64,000 nucleotides of DNA from an uncultured bacterium (GCA_964638715.1 CAZWZF010000020.1:6653-70652), one strand, 5' to 3'. Positions 1 to 8,680 are shown, numbered from the stretch's first letter. A program made the numbers and translations. The notes: generated from the sequence alone by a model not told the origin.

Positions 1-413
1 TCTTTATTTCGCCGTACTATTAATTGCGGCGAATTAACATCAATAGCGGTAATTGCCGCCACCGGCGCAAGCGGATTGGACAACAAAGCGTTTATATCAT
101 ACTTAACGATAACTCTCGGAATTGTAATAACATCATCATCTGCCGCATCGTGGGCATTAAATTTGTTAATTACGATGGTGCCTTTTTTACTGAGGTCAAT
201 TCTGCCGATATTAATATCCCAACCGGTCTCAATTGACAGGTGGTAAATGGCTAATCGACGCGCTAATTCGTTGAAGTTTACCTGGCTGAAGGAATGGATT
301 AATACTAAAAGAAGGGCGGGCAAGATTACAGCAGGCCGCAACAGCAGAAAAAATAGCTGTCTGAAAAATGTTGATAAGCTGCTAATTTTGCGTTTTTTTC
401 TGTTTTTTGCCAT
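1..413 (-). CDS. AsmA/TamB-like membrane protein, N-terminal part only; the gene runs off the left edge of the window
   Basis: Manual translation of the minus strand from ATG (reverse complement of cat at about 411-413) gives an open frame with no stop down to nt 1: MAKNRKKRKISSLSTFFRQLFFLLLRPAVILPALLLVLIHSFSQVNFNELARRLAIYHLSIETGWDINIGRIDLSKKGTIVINKFNAHDAADDDVITIPRVIVKYDINALLSNPLAPVAAITAIDVNSPQLIVRRNK. It has a basic N-terminus, a hydrophobic signal-anchor and a beta-rich body resembling AsmA-family N-termini. It is absent from the ORF track because it has no in-window stop. It lies downstream of, and co-oriented with, the response regulator and a small TM ORF. Confidence 0.45.
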   Translation of the reverse strand, partial: MAKNRKKRKISSLSTFFRQLFFLLLRPAVILPALLLVLIHSFSQVNFNELARRLAIYHLSIETGWDINIGRIDLSKKGTIVINKFNAHDAADDDVITIPRVIVKYDINALLSNPLAPVAAITAIDVNSPQLIVRRNK

Positions 414-493
414 ACGCGTTGTAATCATCGTTACCAACGCCTTGCGGGACAGGGAAATCCCCTGCCCCGCATGTAGAGTTTAATAACTGCTGA

Positions 494-718
494 TTATTTA
501 TCCAGTTGCTTCTGGTATTCTGATAACTGTTGCAATCTATGCTCGATTTCATCCAGTAATCTATCTGATTTTGACTCAGGATCTTCTTTTGTCGCAGGAG
601 CACGGTTAATTGCCCATAAGCTCAATGCCGCCAGCCCTAATAAGGCAACAACGCCAAAGATGATCCCTGCTGAACTGGAGTTGCAGCAATTGCATTTAGA
701 TTGTGTAGGTGTGCCCAT
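494..718 (-). CDS. Small hypothetical membrane protein (Cys-rich N-terminus, one TM helix, coiled-coil tail)
   Basis: 74-aa ORF with CNCCNSS, a hydrophobic stretch GIIFGVVALLGLAALSLWAI and a charged C-terminus. It overlaps the response-regulator stop by 23 nt on the same strand. No recognisable family. Confidence 0.3.
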   Translation of the reverse strand: MGTPTQSKCNCCNSSSAGIIFGVVALLGLAALSLWAINRAPATKEDPESKSDRLLDEIEHRLQQLSEYQKQLDK

Positions 719-1100
719 CGTCTTCTCCCTCTGATTCAGTGAAGATTCTCTTCACGAAAGTCAGTAACTCCATGGGGTTAAATGGCTTGGTCAGATAAAT
801 GTCCGCGCCGCTTGAATAACCCGTAAAGATATCCTGATCCTGCGCTTTAGCCGTTAACATGATAACCGGGGTACGGTTTGTCATCGGATTTGCGCGGATA
901 CGCTTTAACGTTTCTAATCCGTCCATGAACGGCATCATCACGTCAAGAACAACCAGGTCAGGTCGCTCTTCTTCAATCTTCTTTAATGCCTCACGACCGT
1001 CAAAAGCTGTTATAACAGTATAACCAGCTCTTTCCAGGTTAACCTGGATTAATCGGACTATATGTCGTTCGTCATCAACCGCCAAAATTTTCTTAGGCAT
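696..1100 (-). CDS. Single-domain response regulator (CheY-like receiver)
   Basis: 134 aa, MPKKILAVDDERHIVRLI...DVMMPFMDGLE...MLTAKAQ...KPF, with the canonical receiver motifs (DD pair, phospho-acceptor D, T/K). The ORF track labels it +, but the reverse complement of nt 1066-1100 reads ATGCCTAAGAAAATTTTGGCGGTTGATGACGAA (MPKKILAVDDE), and the + strand at 696 starts ttagat. The gene is therefore on the minus strand. Confidence 0.85.
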   Translation of the reverse strand: MPKKILAVDDERHIVRLIQVNLERAGYTVITAFDGREALKKIEEERPDLVVLDVMMPFMDGLETLKRIRANPMTNRTPVIMLTAKAQDQDIFTGYSSGADIYLTKPFNPMELLTFVKRIFTESEGEDDGHTYTI

Positions 1101-1527
1101 GCCTGTTAGCCCCTTTACTATTTCTACGAATGGGTAATTCAGGTATAAATAATATATCTATCGTACTTTTTGAGTATAGCAAAACAGACACTATATCGTC
1201 AATGTAAGTAGATATAAACTACAAAAAAATATCTAAAAATAGGTATTTCACCTTATTTATTCCATAAATAAAGTACAACTGCATCAATTTTACTCTTTTT
1301 AGCGAAATAAAAAAATAGCAATAGTCGAATATTACAAAATATTAGATACGAATAATAGCAGTATCAAAAGTATTATATTACTGAGTCAATTTTAATATCT
1401 GCCACGAATTGTAGGGAATGCCGTCCCCGGCATTCCGCAAATTGGTAGTTTATTTCTCAATAAGGAGATACATTTCCCCCTGAAAAGTGGTATATTTATC
1501 TCGTAATATTTCGGCAAAGGTGATTTT

Positions 1528-2778
1528 ATGCGGGCGGAGATTTTATCTATTGGCACTGAACTGCTGTTGGGGCAGATTATTGATACTAACGCGGCGTGGC
1601 TGGCGGAACGGCTGGCGGAATTGGGCATTGGCGTGTATAACCGGCAAACCGTCGGTGACAACGATGAACGGCTGGCGGATGCTATCCGACTGGCGAAAAG
1701 TCGCGCTGACCTGATTATATGTACCGGCGGATTGGGGCCTACCGGCGATGACATTACCTCGGCGAATATCGCACGGGTATTTGACACTCCGCTGGAAATC
1801 AACCAGGAAGCCAAGGTTAATCTGGAAAAATTGTTTGCCCGCCGCAGTTACCCGTTCACGGAGAAACAATATAAACAGGCGATGCTGCCCGTCGGGTCGG
1901 AGATGATTCTCAACCCCACCGGCACCGCGCCGGGATTTATATTAGACAAAGACGGCGTGATAATAATGGCATTTCCCGGTCCGCCGTTGGAGCTATACCC
2001 CATGTGGCGTCAAACCGCGGAGCCATACCTGCGCGCACGCGGCGAAAATGTAATCCATTCAATAACGCTGCGTTTTTGCGGCATCGGCGAATCGGCGCTG
2101 GAATCGCTGTTGCAGGATTTGATGGACAAGCAGAGCAATCCCACCATCGCGCCTTACGCTAAAACCGGCGAATGCCACATTCGGTTGACCGCCTGCGCCG
2201 CGTCGGTAGATGAAGCGAAAAAGATGATTGCGCCGTTGCAGGCAGATGTGATGGCTCGCGCCGGGAAATATATGTATGGGGTGAATGATGAAACCCTGGA
2301 AGTTGCAACCGGCAAGATACTGCGCCAGCGCGGACTGACCCTGGCAGTGGCGGAATCCTGTACCGGCGGCGCGCTGGGCGGACGCATAACATCCGTCGCG
2401 GGGGCATCAGAATATTTCCTCGGCGGGGTAATATCTTACGATAACCGCATAAAAGAAGAACTATTGGGCGTGTCGGCAAAATTGCTGCAACAGCATGGCG
2501 CGGTGAGTGAAGAGTGCGCCAAAGAGATGGCGGATGGCGTACGCAGAACCACCGGAGCGGATATCGGCATATCGATAACCGGCATTGCCGGTCCGGGCGG
2601 TGGCACCCCGGAGAAACCGGTAGGCCTGGTATATATCGGCATCAGCGCACCGCAATTCGCCACCACCGCCGTGCGCGGAATATTGGGCAGCGACCGCGAG
2701 ATGATACGCATCCGCGCCACCACCCAGGCACTGTTGATTTTACGGGATTATTTAACCGGGGCAGGAGTAATAATATGA
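1528..2778 (+). CDS. cinA: CinA family protein (competence/damage-inducible protein A; N-terminal MoCF-type domain plus C-terminal CinA/PncC-like nicotinamide-nucleotide amidohydrolase domain)
   Basis: 416 aa starting MRAEILSIGTELLLGQIIDTNAAWLAERL, the typical CinA N-terminus. The C-terminal half has the CinA domain signature (LAVAESCTGGALG...ISYDN). Confidence 0.9.
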   Translation: MRAEILSIGTELLLGQIIDTNAAWLAERLAELGIGVYNRQTVGDNDERLADAIRLAKSRADLIICTGGLGPTGDDITSANIARVFDTPLEINQEAKVNLEKLFARRSYPFTEKQYKQAMLPVGSEMILNPTGTAPGFILDKDGVIIMAFPGPPLELYPMWRQTAEPYLRARGENVIHSITLRFCGIGESALESLLQDLMDKQSNPTIAPYAKTGECHIRLTACAASVDEAKKMIAPLQADVMARAGKYMYGVNDETLEVATGKILRQRGLTLAVAESCTGGALGGRITSVAGASEYFLGGVISYDNRIKEELLGVSAKLLQQHGAVSEECAKEMADGVRRTTGADIGISITGIAGPGGGTPEKPVGLVYIGISAPQFATTAVRGILGSDREMIRIRATTQALLILRDYLTGAGVII

Positions 2779-2978
2779 ATATGCCGGATTTGCTGGGCAT
2801 GACCGCGGAAAACGCGGAGATGGCGATTAAAAAAGCCGGCTACGAGGTGATTCGCATAGATTCCCCCCGCCCCCGCTTCCTGAAATTCCCCGCCGAAGCA
2901 AAAGTGGTGCGGCAAAGAATGGTAGAAGGCAAAATAGAAATCTTCGTCGCGTTGACACCGGTTATTTTAACGGATTGA
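2775..2978 (+). CDS. Stand-alone PASTA-domain protein (67 aa)
   Basis: An internal Met of track ORF 2514..2978: MNMPDLLGMTAENAEMAIKKAGYEV...VVRQRMVEGKIEIFVAL matches the PASTA fold pattern (vPdl.Gmt.eeA...L...G). Its ATG overlaps the cinA TGA (ATGA), suggesting translational coupling. Confidence 0.45.
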   Translation: MNMPDLLGMTAENAEMAIKKAGYEVIRIDSPRPRFLKFPAEAKVVRQRMVEGKIEIFVALTPVILTD

Positions 2979-2998
2979 ATATATAAATCTTAAATATT

Positions 2999-3070
2999 CT
3001 TGCAAAACCTGTGTAACCAAGAGTATTCCGAGTATCCTGCTCACAATACGTTGAGTTTTGCAATTGACTC
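2999..3070. repeat. About 70-bp segment that is an inverted copy of the interior of the family-B element at 7780-7850
   Basis: cttgcaaaacctgtgtaaccaagagtattccgagta...gagttttgcaattgactc matches the reverse complement of 7780-7850 with 1-2 mismatches. It lacks the family-B TIRs. Together the two copies bracket the CBS-hydrogenase cassette. Confidence 0.55.
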
Positions 3071-3374
3071 TGATAACTTTATTTTTACTTCATTCGAGAG
3101 GTGGCAAGAGCGTCCCTCTCGGAAAAAGAAAGCGCCGGAAATAAATTTCAGCACCTTGCACCTTCTTGCACAGCTAACGTCACCGGGACGGTGACGCCAC
3201 ATTTTGCGCTAAATCCTGATACTAACCCTCAACCCATACCCACTCAATCACTTCAATTACAAAAAATAAATAAATCTATCACTCGAATTCTGAAAAAACA
3301 GTGATATAATTTACTAAAGTCCAAACTTTATGCTGAGTTTCTTATATCGAAGTAGTGATATAAAAGGAGAACTT

Positions 3375-3776
3375 ATGGATTATAATAAAAAAGCGGCGCA
3401 GGTGATGAATACTGATATTGTCACCACCACGCCGGATTTGTTATTGACTGATGCAATACAGCTAATGCTTGATCATTCAATCAGCAGTCTGCCGGTTGTG
3501 GATGAAGATGGCATGCTGCTTGGGTTTATTACCGAGTATGACATCATTAATTTTGCGATTAGCGGTGAAGCAGACCGGACCCGGGTGAAAGAAGCGATGG
3601 CGTTGGCGCATAAAGTAGTATCTTTTTCACCTGACACAGATTTAGAGACGATGGCTAACTGCTTCGTCACACAACGCATTCACCGGGTACCCATCGTTTC
3701 TGATGGCAAGGTTATCGGCATGGTTAGCCGACGTGATATTTTACGTGAAATACTGAGAATTTATCGAAAGAATTAA
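3375..3776 (+). CDS. CBS-domain pair protein
   Basis: MDYNKKAAQVMNTDIVTTTPDLLLTDAIQLMLDHSISSLPVVDEDGMLLGFITEYDII...RIHRVPIVSDGKVIGMVSRRDILR shows two CBS motifs. An AGGAGA RBS lies 7 nt upstream of the ATG at 3375. It sits immediately upstream of the hydrogenase operon. Confidence 0.8.
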   Translation: MDYNKKAAQVMNTDIVTTTPDLLLTDAIQLMLDHSISSLPVVDEDGMLLGFITEYDIINFAISGEADRTRVKEAMALAHKVVSFSPDTDLETMANCFVTQRIHRVPIVSDGKVIGMVSRRDILREILRIYRKN

Positions 3777-3780
3777 CTGC

Positions 3781-4821
3781 ATGGGGGTGCAAGCCATGAT
3801 ATTAAAAAGCATTGATGTTGCAATGATGACAACATGGGTAGATCGCCTGATTCCAAAGTTTAATATTTACGGGGTACAGGCTAAAGAAGATAAGTTTGCT
3901 TATGGTCTTTTGACACGCGGTGCAGATTTGCGGTTGGATTTTGATGTTACAATTCTACCGCCGAAAAAATATTTCCAGCCTCTCAAAGAAACGATAATGA
4001 AGTTCGTCCGGGGTGGTGAATATGAGTCAGTTCATGATGACGAATCAATAGTTTTATTTGGCGTACATCCCTACGATGTTGTTGCCATTGCCCAGATAGA
4101 CAAAATATTCAGTCATGGTGTCTACGATAGCCATTATATGAACCGCCGCAATAAAGCCACCATCGTCGCCTGCGATATTCAGAATACATCTCCAAATATG
4201 TTTGCCGCCTGCATGGGAACTGCTGTTGTTGACGATGATTATGACATACTACTCACCAAACTGGGGAAACATTATGTCGTCGAAGTTCGCACGGAGAAAG
4301 GCGAAGCATTACTGGCAGAGTTGGGTGACGTACCGGACGCTGACGCGCTGCTGCTGGCGCGACGCGAACAATTTTGGGAAGATGCCCGGCGATTTATGAA
4401 CAAATATTTATTGAAATGCAAGCCGGAAGATCTCCCTGAATTGCTGACGCAAACTTACGAACATCCAATTTGGGAGGAAAATGCCGCCCTTTGCTATTCT
4501 TGCGGTTCATGTAATCTCGTATGTCCCACCTGTTACTGTTTTGATGTCTACGATGATGTTGACTGGACATTAGAGAGTGGTGAACGTTTCCGGCAATGGG
4601 ACGGCTGCATGCTGCGCAAATTTGCTGAAGTGGCGGGAGGGCATAACTTCCGTAAAAACAGGGAAGAGCGATACCGGCATCGTTTTTACCGCAAGGGAAA
4701 ATATTTGTGGGACCGCATGGGAATGATTGCCTGTGTTGGATGCGGACGCTGTACCACAGCATGCACTGCTAAAATCGCTAATCCCGTTACCCTTTATAAC
4801 ACATTATATGAGGATAAATAA
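3781..4821 (+). CDS. hydB: Group 3b [NiFe] hydrogenase (sulfhydrogenase-type) beta subunit, 2x[4Fe-4S] ferredoxin-like
   Basis: 346 aa with two ferredoxin-type Cys clusters (CYSCGSCNLVCPTCYC and CVGCGRCTTACTAK). It is the first gene of a beta-gamma-delta-alpha arrangement matching the Pyrococcus-type hydBGDA order. Confidence 0.75.
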   Translation: MGVQAMILKSIDVAMMTTWVDRLIPKFNIYGVQAKEDKFAYGLLTRGADLRLDFDVTILPPKKYFQPLKETIMKFVRGGEYESVHDDESIVLFGVHPYDVVAIAQIDKIFSHGVYDSHYMNRRNKATIVACDIQNTSPNMFAACMGTAVVDDDYDILLTKLGKHYVVEVRTEKGEALLAELGDVPDADALLLARREQFWEDARRFMNKYLLKCKPEDLPELLTQTYEHPIWEENAALCYSCGSCNLVCPTCYCFDVYDDVDWTLESGERFRQWDGCMLRKFAEVAGGHNFRKNREERYRHRFYRKGKYLWDRMGMIACVGCGRCTTACTAKIANPVTLYNTLYEDK

Positions 4822-5664
4822 ATGACTGAACCTTCTATTTCTATAAAAGATGCGTATTTGCCGGAAACCGCAACGATATTGCATACAGAAATGCTGACAG
4901 CGCAGGATTTGTATATTAAAATTAAACTTGCAAACGGCAAAGATTTGGGGCACTTACCCGGTCAATTTGTCCAAATATCCATTGCTGGTGTTGGCGAAGC
5001 GCCGCTTTCTATCTCCTCATCACCAGACCTTCATGGCGCATTTGAAGTTGTTGTTCGCAATGCCGGACGTGTAACAGATGTGCTGCATCGTCTGGAAACC
5101 GGCTCAACACTCGGTATTCGCGGTCCATTCGGAACACATTTCCCGGTAGAAGAAGAAATGAAAGGGAAAAACATAATATTCATTTGCGGAGGCATCGGAC
5201 TGGTTCCCATTCGTTCGGCTATACAATATGTGCTTAACCGCCGCGATAATTATGGCAAGATCGCTATCCTGCTTGGTACCCGCTCACCCGCTGAACGGCT
5301 ATTTACCGATGAACTGGCAGCCTGGGGCGCTGTTGAAGGAGTAACTTTTCTGGAGACGGTTGACCGTGCTGATGAGCAATGGACTGGAAATATCGGTGTC
5401 ATCACTACGCTGATTCCAAAAATAGAAGTTGTTCCCGCCAACACCTGTGCGATAATTTGCGGCCCACCAGTGATGTATAAGTTCGTCATACGCGAATTAA
5501 CCGCCCGCGGAATGATGCCTAATGAAATCTACGTTTCTCTTGAACGACGCATGAAATGCGGAGTGGGGAAATGCGGACATTGTCAGATTAACGGTCTGTA
5601 TACCTGTATGGACGGGCCAGTGTTCAATTACGCAGATGTTGCGGATGCGCCGGAGGCTATATAA
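4822..5664 (+). CDS. hydG: Hydrogenase gamma subunit (FAD/NAD(P)-binding oxidoreductase, PyrK-like, C-terminal [2Fe-2S])
   Basis: 280 aa with a ferredoxin-reductase-type FAD/NAD fold (GQFVQISIAG...IICGGIGLVP...IICGPPVM) and a C-terminal CGVGKCGHC cluster motif. Its ATG follows one nt after the hydB stop. Confidence 0.75.
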   Translation: MTEPSISIKDAYLPETATILHTEMLTAQDLYIKIKLANGKDLGHLPGQFVQISIAGVGEAPLSISSSPDLHGAFEVVVRNAGRVTDVLHRLETGSTLGIRGPFGTHFPVEEEMKGKNIIFICGGIGLVPIRSAIQYVLNRRDNYGKIAILLGTRSPAERLFTDELAAWGAVEGVTFLETVDRADEQWTGNIGVITTLIPKIEVVPANTCAIICGPPVMYKFVIRELTARGMMPNEIYVSLERRMKCGVGKCGHCQINGLYTCMDGPVFNYADVADAPEAI

Positions 5665-6417
5665 ATGAAAAAACCAAGAGTAGCTATTTTTGATTTTGCC
5701 TGTTGCGAAGGCTGCCAATTGCAGATTGTTAATATGGAAGAGGAATTACTCGACCTGATAGCGTTAATAACACCGGTAGAGTGGCGGGAAGCCATGTCGG
5801 AACAGAGCGACAAGTATGATATTGCCATCATCGAAGGTTCTATCACCCGCCCGGAAGATGAAGAGCGTATTAAAGAAATCCGCTCACGGGCAAGTATACT
5901 CATCGCACTGGGTGCCTGTGCCACCATCGGCGGAGTTAATAAGCTGAAGAATAATTTTGAAAGCATTGATGAGGTGAAACGATGTGTCTATGGCGACGCT
6001 GCCCGTATGCCCCATTTGGTAACCATGCCGGTAAAAGCGGTGAATGAAGTGGTGAAAGTTGATTACTACGTGCATGGGTGTCCTATTAATATCGACGAGT
6101 TCAGCTACATTGTGCGCTGCCTGGCGCGAAATGTGCCGCCGGTAATCCCCAACTTTCCCGTTTGTGTCGAATGCAAAATGCGCGAGAATATTTGCCGTTA
6201 TGAATACGGTGAACTATGCCTTGGCCCGGTAATTCGTGCCGGATGCAATGCGCCATGTCCGGCTGCCGGCATGTGGTGTTTTGGGTGTCGCGGGTATGTT
6301 GATGAGCCAAATGTAAACGCAGCGAAAGATGTAATGGACAAATACCGGTTAACCATTGCTGACTTGCAAAGCAGATTATTGCTGTTCAACAGCACACAGG
6401 AGTCGACCAATGTCTAA
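5665..6417 (+). CDS. hydD: [NiFe] hydrogenase small (delta) subunit
   Basis: 250 aa with an N-terminal FDFACCEGCQ proximal-cluster motif and C-terminal Cys clusters (CVECKMRENICRYE...CNAPCPAAGMWCFGC), typical of group 3 small subunits. Confidence 0.8.
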   Translation: MKKPRVAIFDFACCEGCQLQIVNMEEELLDLIALITPVEWREAMSEQSDKYDIAIIEGSITRPEDEERIKEIRSRASILIALGACATIGGVNKLKNNFESIDEVKRCVYGDAARMPHLVTMPVKAVNEVVKVDYYVHGCPINIDEFSYIVRCLARNVPPVIPNFPVCVECKMRENICRYEYGELCLGPVIRAGCNAPCPAAGMWCFGCRGYVDEPNVNAAKDVMDKYRLTIADLQSRLLLFNSTQESTNV

Positions 6418-7735
6418 AATTGTTGAAATTAACGTACATCATGTCACTCGCGTAGAAGGACACGGCAATATTCATGTGCGCATCAACGATTGCGGTGTTG
6501 AAAGCGTAGAATGGCAGGTACCGGAAGCACCGCGATTTTTCGAGGCAATGGTGCGCGGACGAAGCTGGGAAGATATCCAGACCGTGGTGGCGCGTATCTG
6601 CGGTATATGTTCCGTGACACATTCGCTGGCGGCACTGAAAGCCATAGAGGATGCCATGGAAATAGAAATTTCTGAACAAACAGAAATGCTGCGCATCCTC
6701 GCTTTGTATGGGGAACATATAGAAAGCCATGTCCTGCATATTGGTTACCTGGTGGCTCCTGACCTGTTGGGAGTAAAATCAGTCGTACCGCTGGTAACTT
6801 CACACCCCGAATTGCTGAAACTTGTCATCAGGCTGCATAAGTTGGGCAATACCATGATGGAAATACTCGCCGGTCGAAAAACGCATCCGATTTCATTCAG
6901 GCCTGGTGGGTTTGGACGTGTGCCAACTGAAAATGAATTGCGCGAGTTAAGAAAAATGCTGGTTGACGCAATTCCTGATTACCAGGTTTTAATGGACGCG
7001 GTATTTGGCCTGGCAGACAAATTGCCAAAGTTTGAACGCGATACCGAATATATTGCACTGATTGACCATGTTGATTATGCCCTTTACAACGGGAATATCG
7101 GCAGCAGCGACACCACGAAAACAATGCCGGTGCAAAAGTTCAAATCGGTAGTAAATGAATACGTCGTGCCGCAATCAACAGCAAAATGGGCAAAGTGGCA
7201 TCGTGAATCTTATGCCGTTGGTGCACTTGCGCGCTGCAACCTGAATAGCGAGTATCTGCTGCCGCTGGCACGGGACGTGGCAAAGAAGTTTGGATTATTA
7301 GACGGATGCTGCAACCCGTATATGAATACAGTTGCACAACTGGTAGAGGTGGCACAGGTTGTTGAACATGGTATACAACTCATCGACCAGCTGCTCACTG
7401 CCGGTGTAACGCATAATCTTCCAAAGATAAAACCACAGGCAGGATGGGGAGCAGGAGCGGTAGAGGCGCCTCGCGGAGTGCTTTTCCACAGTTATGCTTT
7501 TGATGATAACGGCATCTGCACCGGGGCAAACATGACTATTCCGACAAACCAGAATCACGCCAATATCCAGCATGACATGGAAAAACTGGTGAACTTAATC
7601 GCAGACCAGGATGAGGACAGTATAAGGCTGCAGCTTGAAATGCTGGTTCGCGCCTATGACCCCTGCATATCATGCTCAACTCACTATATGGACATCGAAT
7701 TTATCAAATGTGGGTATCCACCCACAACCCATTAA
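6410..7735 (+). CDS. hydA: [NiFe] hydrogenase large (alpha) subunit
   Basis: 441 aa from an internal ATG (MSKIVEINVHHVTRVEGHG) that overlaps the hydD stop by 8 nt and is preceded by ACAGGAG. It carries the N-terminal RICGICSVTH (L1) and C-terminal DPCISCSTHY (L2) Ni-Fe ligand motifs. Confidence 0.9.
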   Translation: MSKIVEINVHHVTRVEGHGNIHVRINDCGVESVEWQVPEAPRFFEAMVRGRSWEDIQTVVARICGICSVTHSLAALKAIEDAMEIEISEQTEMLRILALYGEHIESHVLHIGYLVAPDLLGVKSVVPLVTSHPELLKLVIRLHKLGNTMMEILAGRKTHPISFRPGGFGRVPTENELRELRKMLVDAIPDYQVLMDAVFGLADKLPKFERDTEYIALIDHVDYALYNGNIGSSDTTKTMPVQKFKSVVNEYVVPQSTAKWAKWHRESYAVGALARCNLNSEYLLPLARDVAKKFGLLDGCCNPYMNTVAQLVEVAQVVEHGIQLIDQLLTAGVTHNLPKIKPQAGWGAGAVEAPRGVLFHSYAFDDNGICTGANMTIPTNQNHANIQHDMEKLVNLIADQDEDSIRLQLEMLVRAYDPCISCSTHYMDIEFIKCGYPPTTH

Positions 7736-7736
7736 T

Positions 7737-7900
7737 ATTCACCACAAAAGAACGCAAAAACCACAAAAGAAGAATTTTAGAGTCAATTGCAAAACCCAAT
7801 GTTTTGCGAGCATCTTACTCGGAATACTCTTGGTTACACAGGTTATGCAATTACCTCTTTAGAAAACTCTTTGTGTTCTTTGAGTTCTTTTGCGGTGAAT
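7737..7900. repeat. MITE-like element, family B (TIRs ATTCACCACAAAAGAAC / GTTCTTTTGCGGTGAAT), copy 1, about 164 bp
   Basis: The TIRs match with one mismatch. The interior contains gagtcaattgcaaaac...tactcggaatactcttggttacacaggttatgcaa, which is the reverse complement of 2999-3070. It begins 2 nt after the hydA stop. Confidence 0.6.
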
Positions 7901-7967
7901 AATAGCCCATTACATTAATTTACAAACAACTGGTTATATTTCAATGTTCTTTGAACTTAAGGTACTA

Positions 7968-8438
7968 ATGAACAACCAGTCAAATCTGTCTGTTATTGGC
8001 CTTGGCAACATTTTATGCTCCGATGAAGGCATAGGAGTATATTTGTTGCGCCGATTACAGGAATGTTCATGGCCTGTAGCAATTGATTTCATTGAATTTG
8101 GCGTTGGCGGCATGCAATTGCTGCACCTGATAACCGGTCGGCAAAAAGTCATTCTACTCGACTGCGCTTTCATGGGTGACGCGCCGGGAACAATCCGCCG
8201 TTTCACCCCGGACGAAGTTATTTCACGAAAAAACAACACCGGCTTATCGCTTCATGAAGGCGATCTGCTATCAATTCTTACTCTCGCAGCAACTATTGGT
8301 GAATCCCCTGACGAAATAATCATCTTTGGTATTGAACCAGCGATTGTAACCCCGGGTATGGAACTATCACCAGTGTTAAGCAAACGTCTGGATGAATACC
8401 AGGCGATGGTGACAAAAGAAATTTTTCACATCGATTAA
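7968..8438 (+). CDS. Hydrogenase maturation endopeptidase (HycI/HyaD family)
   Basis: MNNQSNLSVIGLGNILCSDEGIGVYLL...LLDCAFMGDAPGTI, the typical GxGNxlxxDDGxG protease N-terminus. It lies downstream of hydA, after a 164-bp MITE-like insertion. Confidence 0.8.
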   Translation: MNNQSNLSVIGLGNILCSDEGIGVYLLRRLQECSWPVAIDFIEFGVGGMQLLHLITGRQKVILLDCAFMGDAPGTIRRFTPDEVISRKNNTGLSLHEGDLLSILTLAATIGESPDEIIIFGIEPAIVTPGMELSPVLSKRLDEYQAMVTKEIFHID

Positions 8439-8680
8439 CAGGATTTTAAAGATAAAATTGTTGAAGTAAATAGGAAAACCTATTTGCTAAATTATAGATT
8501 GATACCTTAAAAGCCCCTCCCCTCAATCCCCTCCCCGGTTGGAGAGAGGAAGAACGACTATCAGTGACTGACACCAAGTGGCGAAGCCAGGAAGGTGTCT
8601 GTCACATCGGGTTGCCGCAAGGTTTTGCAAGAGCCTATTAAAATATTAAATCTTTTAAATCCTGTTAATCGATGTGAAAA
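8423..8680. repeat. MITE-like element, family A (terminal inverted repeats TTTTCACATCGATTAACAGG / CCTGTTAATCGATGTGAAAA), copy 1, about 258 bp
   Basis: A perfect 20-bp TIR pair, extended imperfectly to about 29 bp. The left TIR overlaps the last codons (FHID*) of the hydrogenase protease gene. The interior contains G/C-rich palindromes (cccctcccctcaatcccctcccc...; gtgactgacacc/ggtgtctgtcac). Confidence 0.6.

Noticed and set aside
24-236. Track ORF 24..236 (+), 70 aa
   Set aside because: It lies antisense to the long open minus-strand frame (AsmA-like) that runs through the whole 1-413 region, and it has no RBS or family resemblance. Treated as a shadow ORF.
696-1100. Track strand label + for the response regulator ORF
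   Set aside because: The plus strand at 696 reads ttagat (no start). The reverse complement of the 3-prime end gives ATGCCTAAGAAAATT (MPKKI). The CDS is on the minus strand and the label is an error.
1392-2479. Several minus-strand track ORFs (1392..1814, 1543..1869, 2154..2387, 2159..2479) overlapping cinA
   Set aside because: They are antisense to a well-supported cinA CDS. The GC-rich sequence yields long spurious reverse frames rich in Arg/Pro/Ala.
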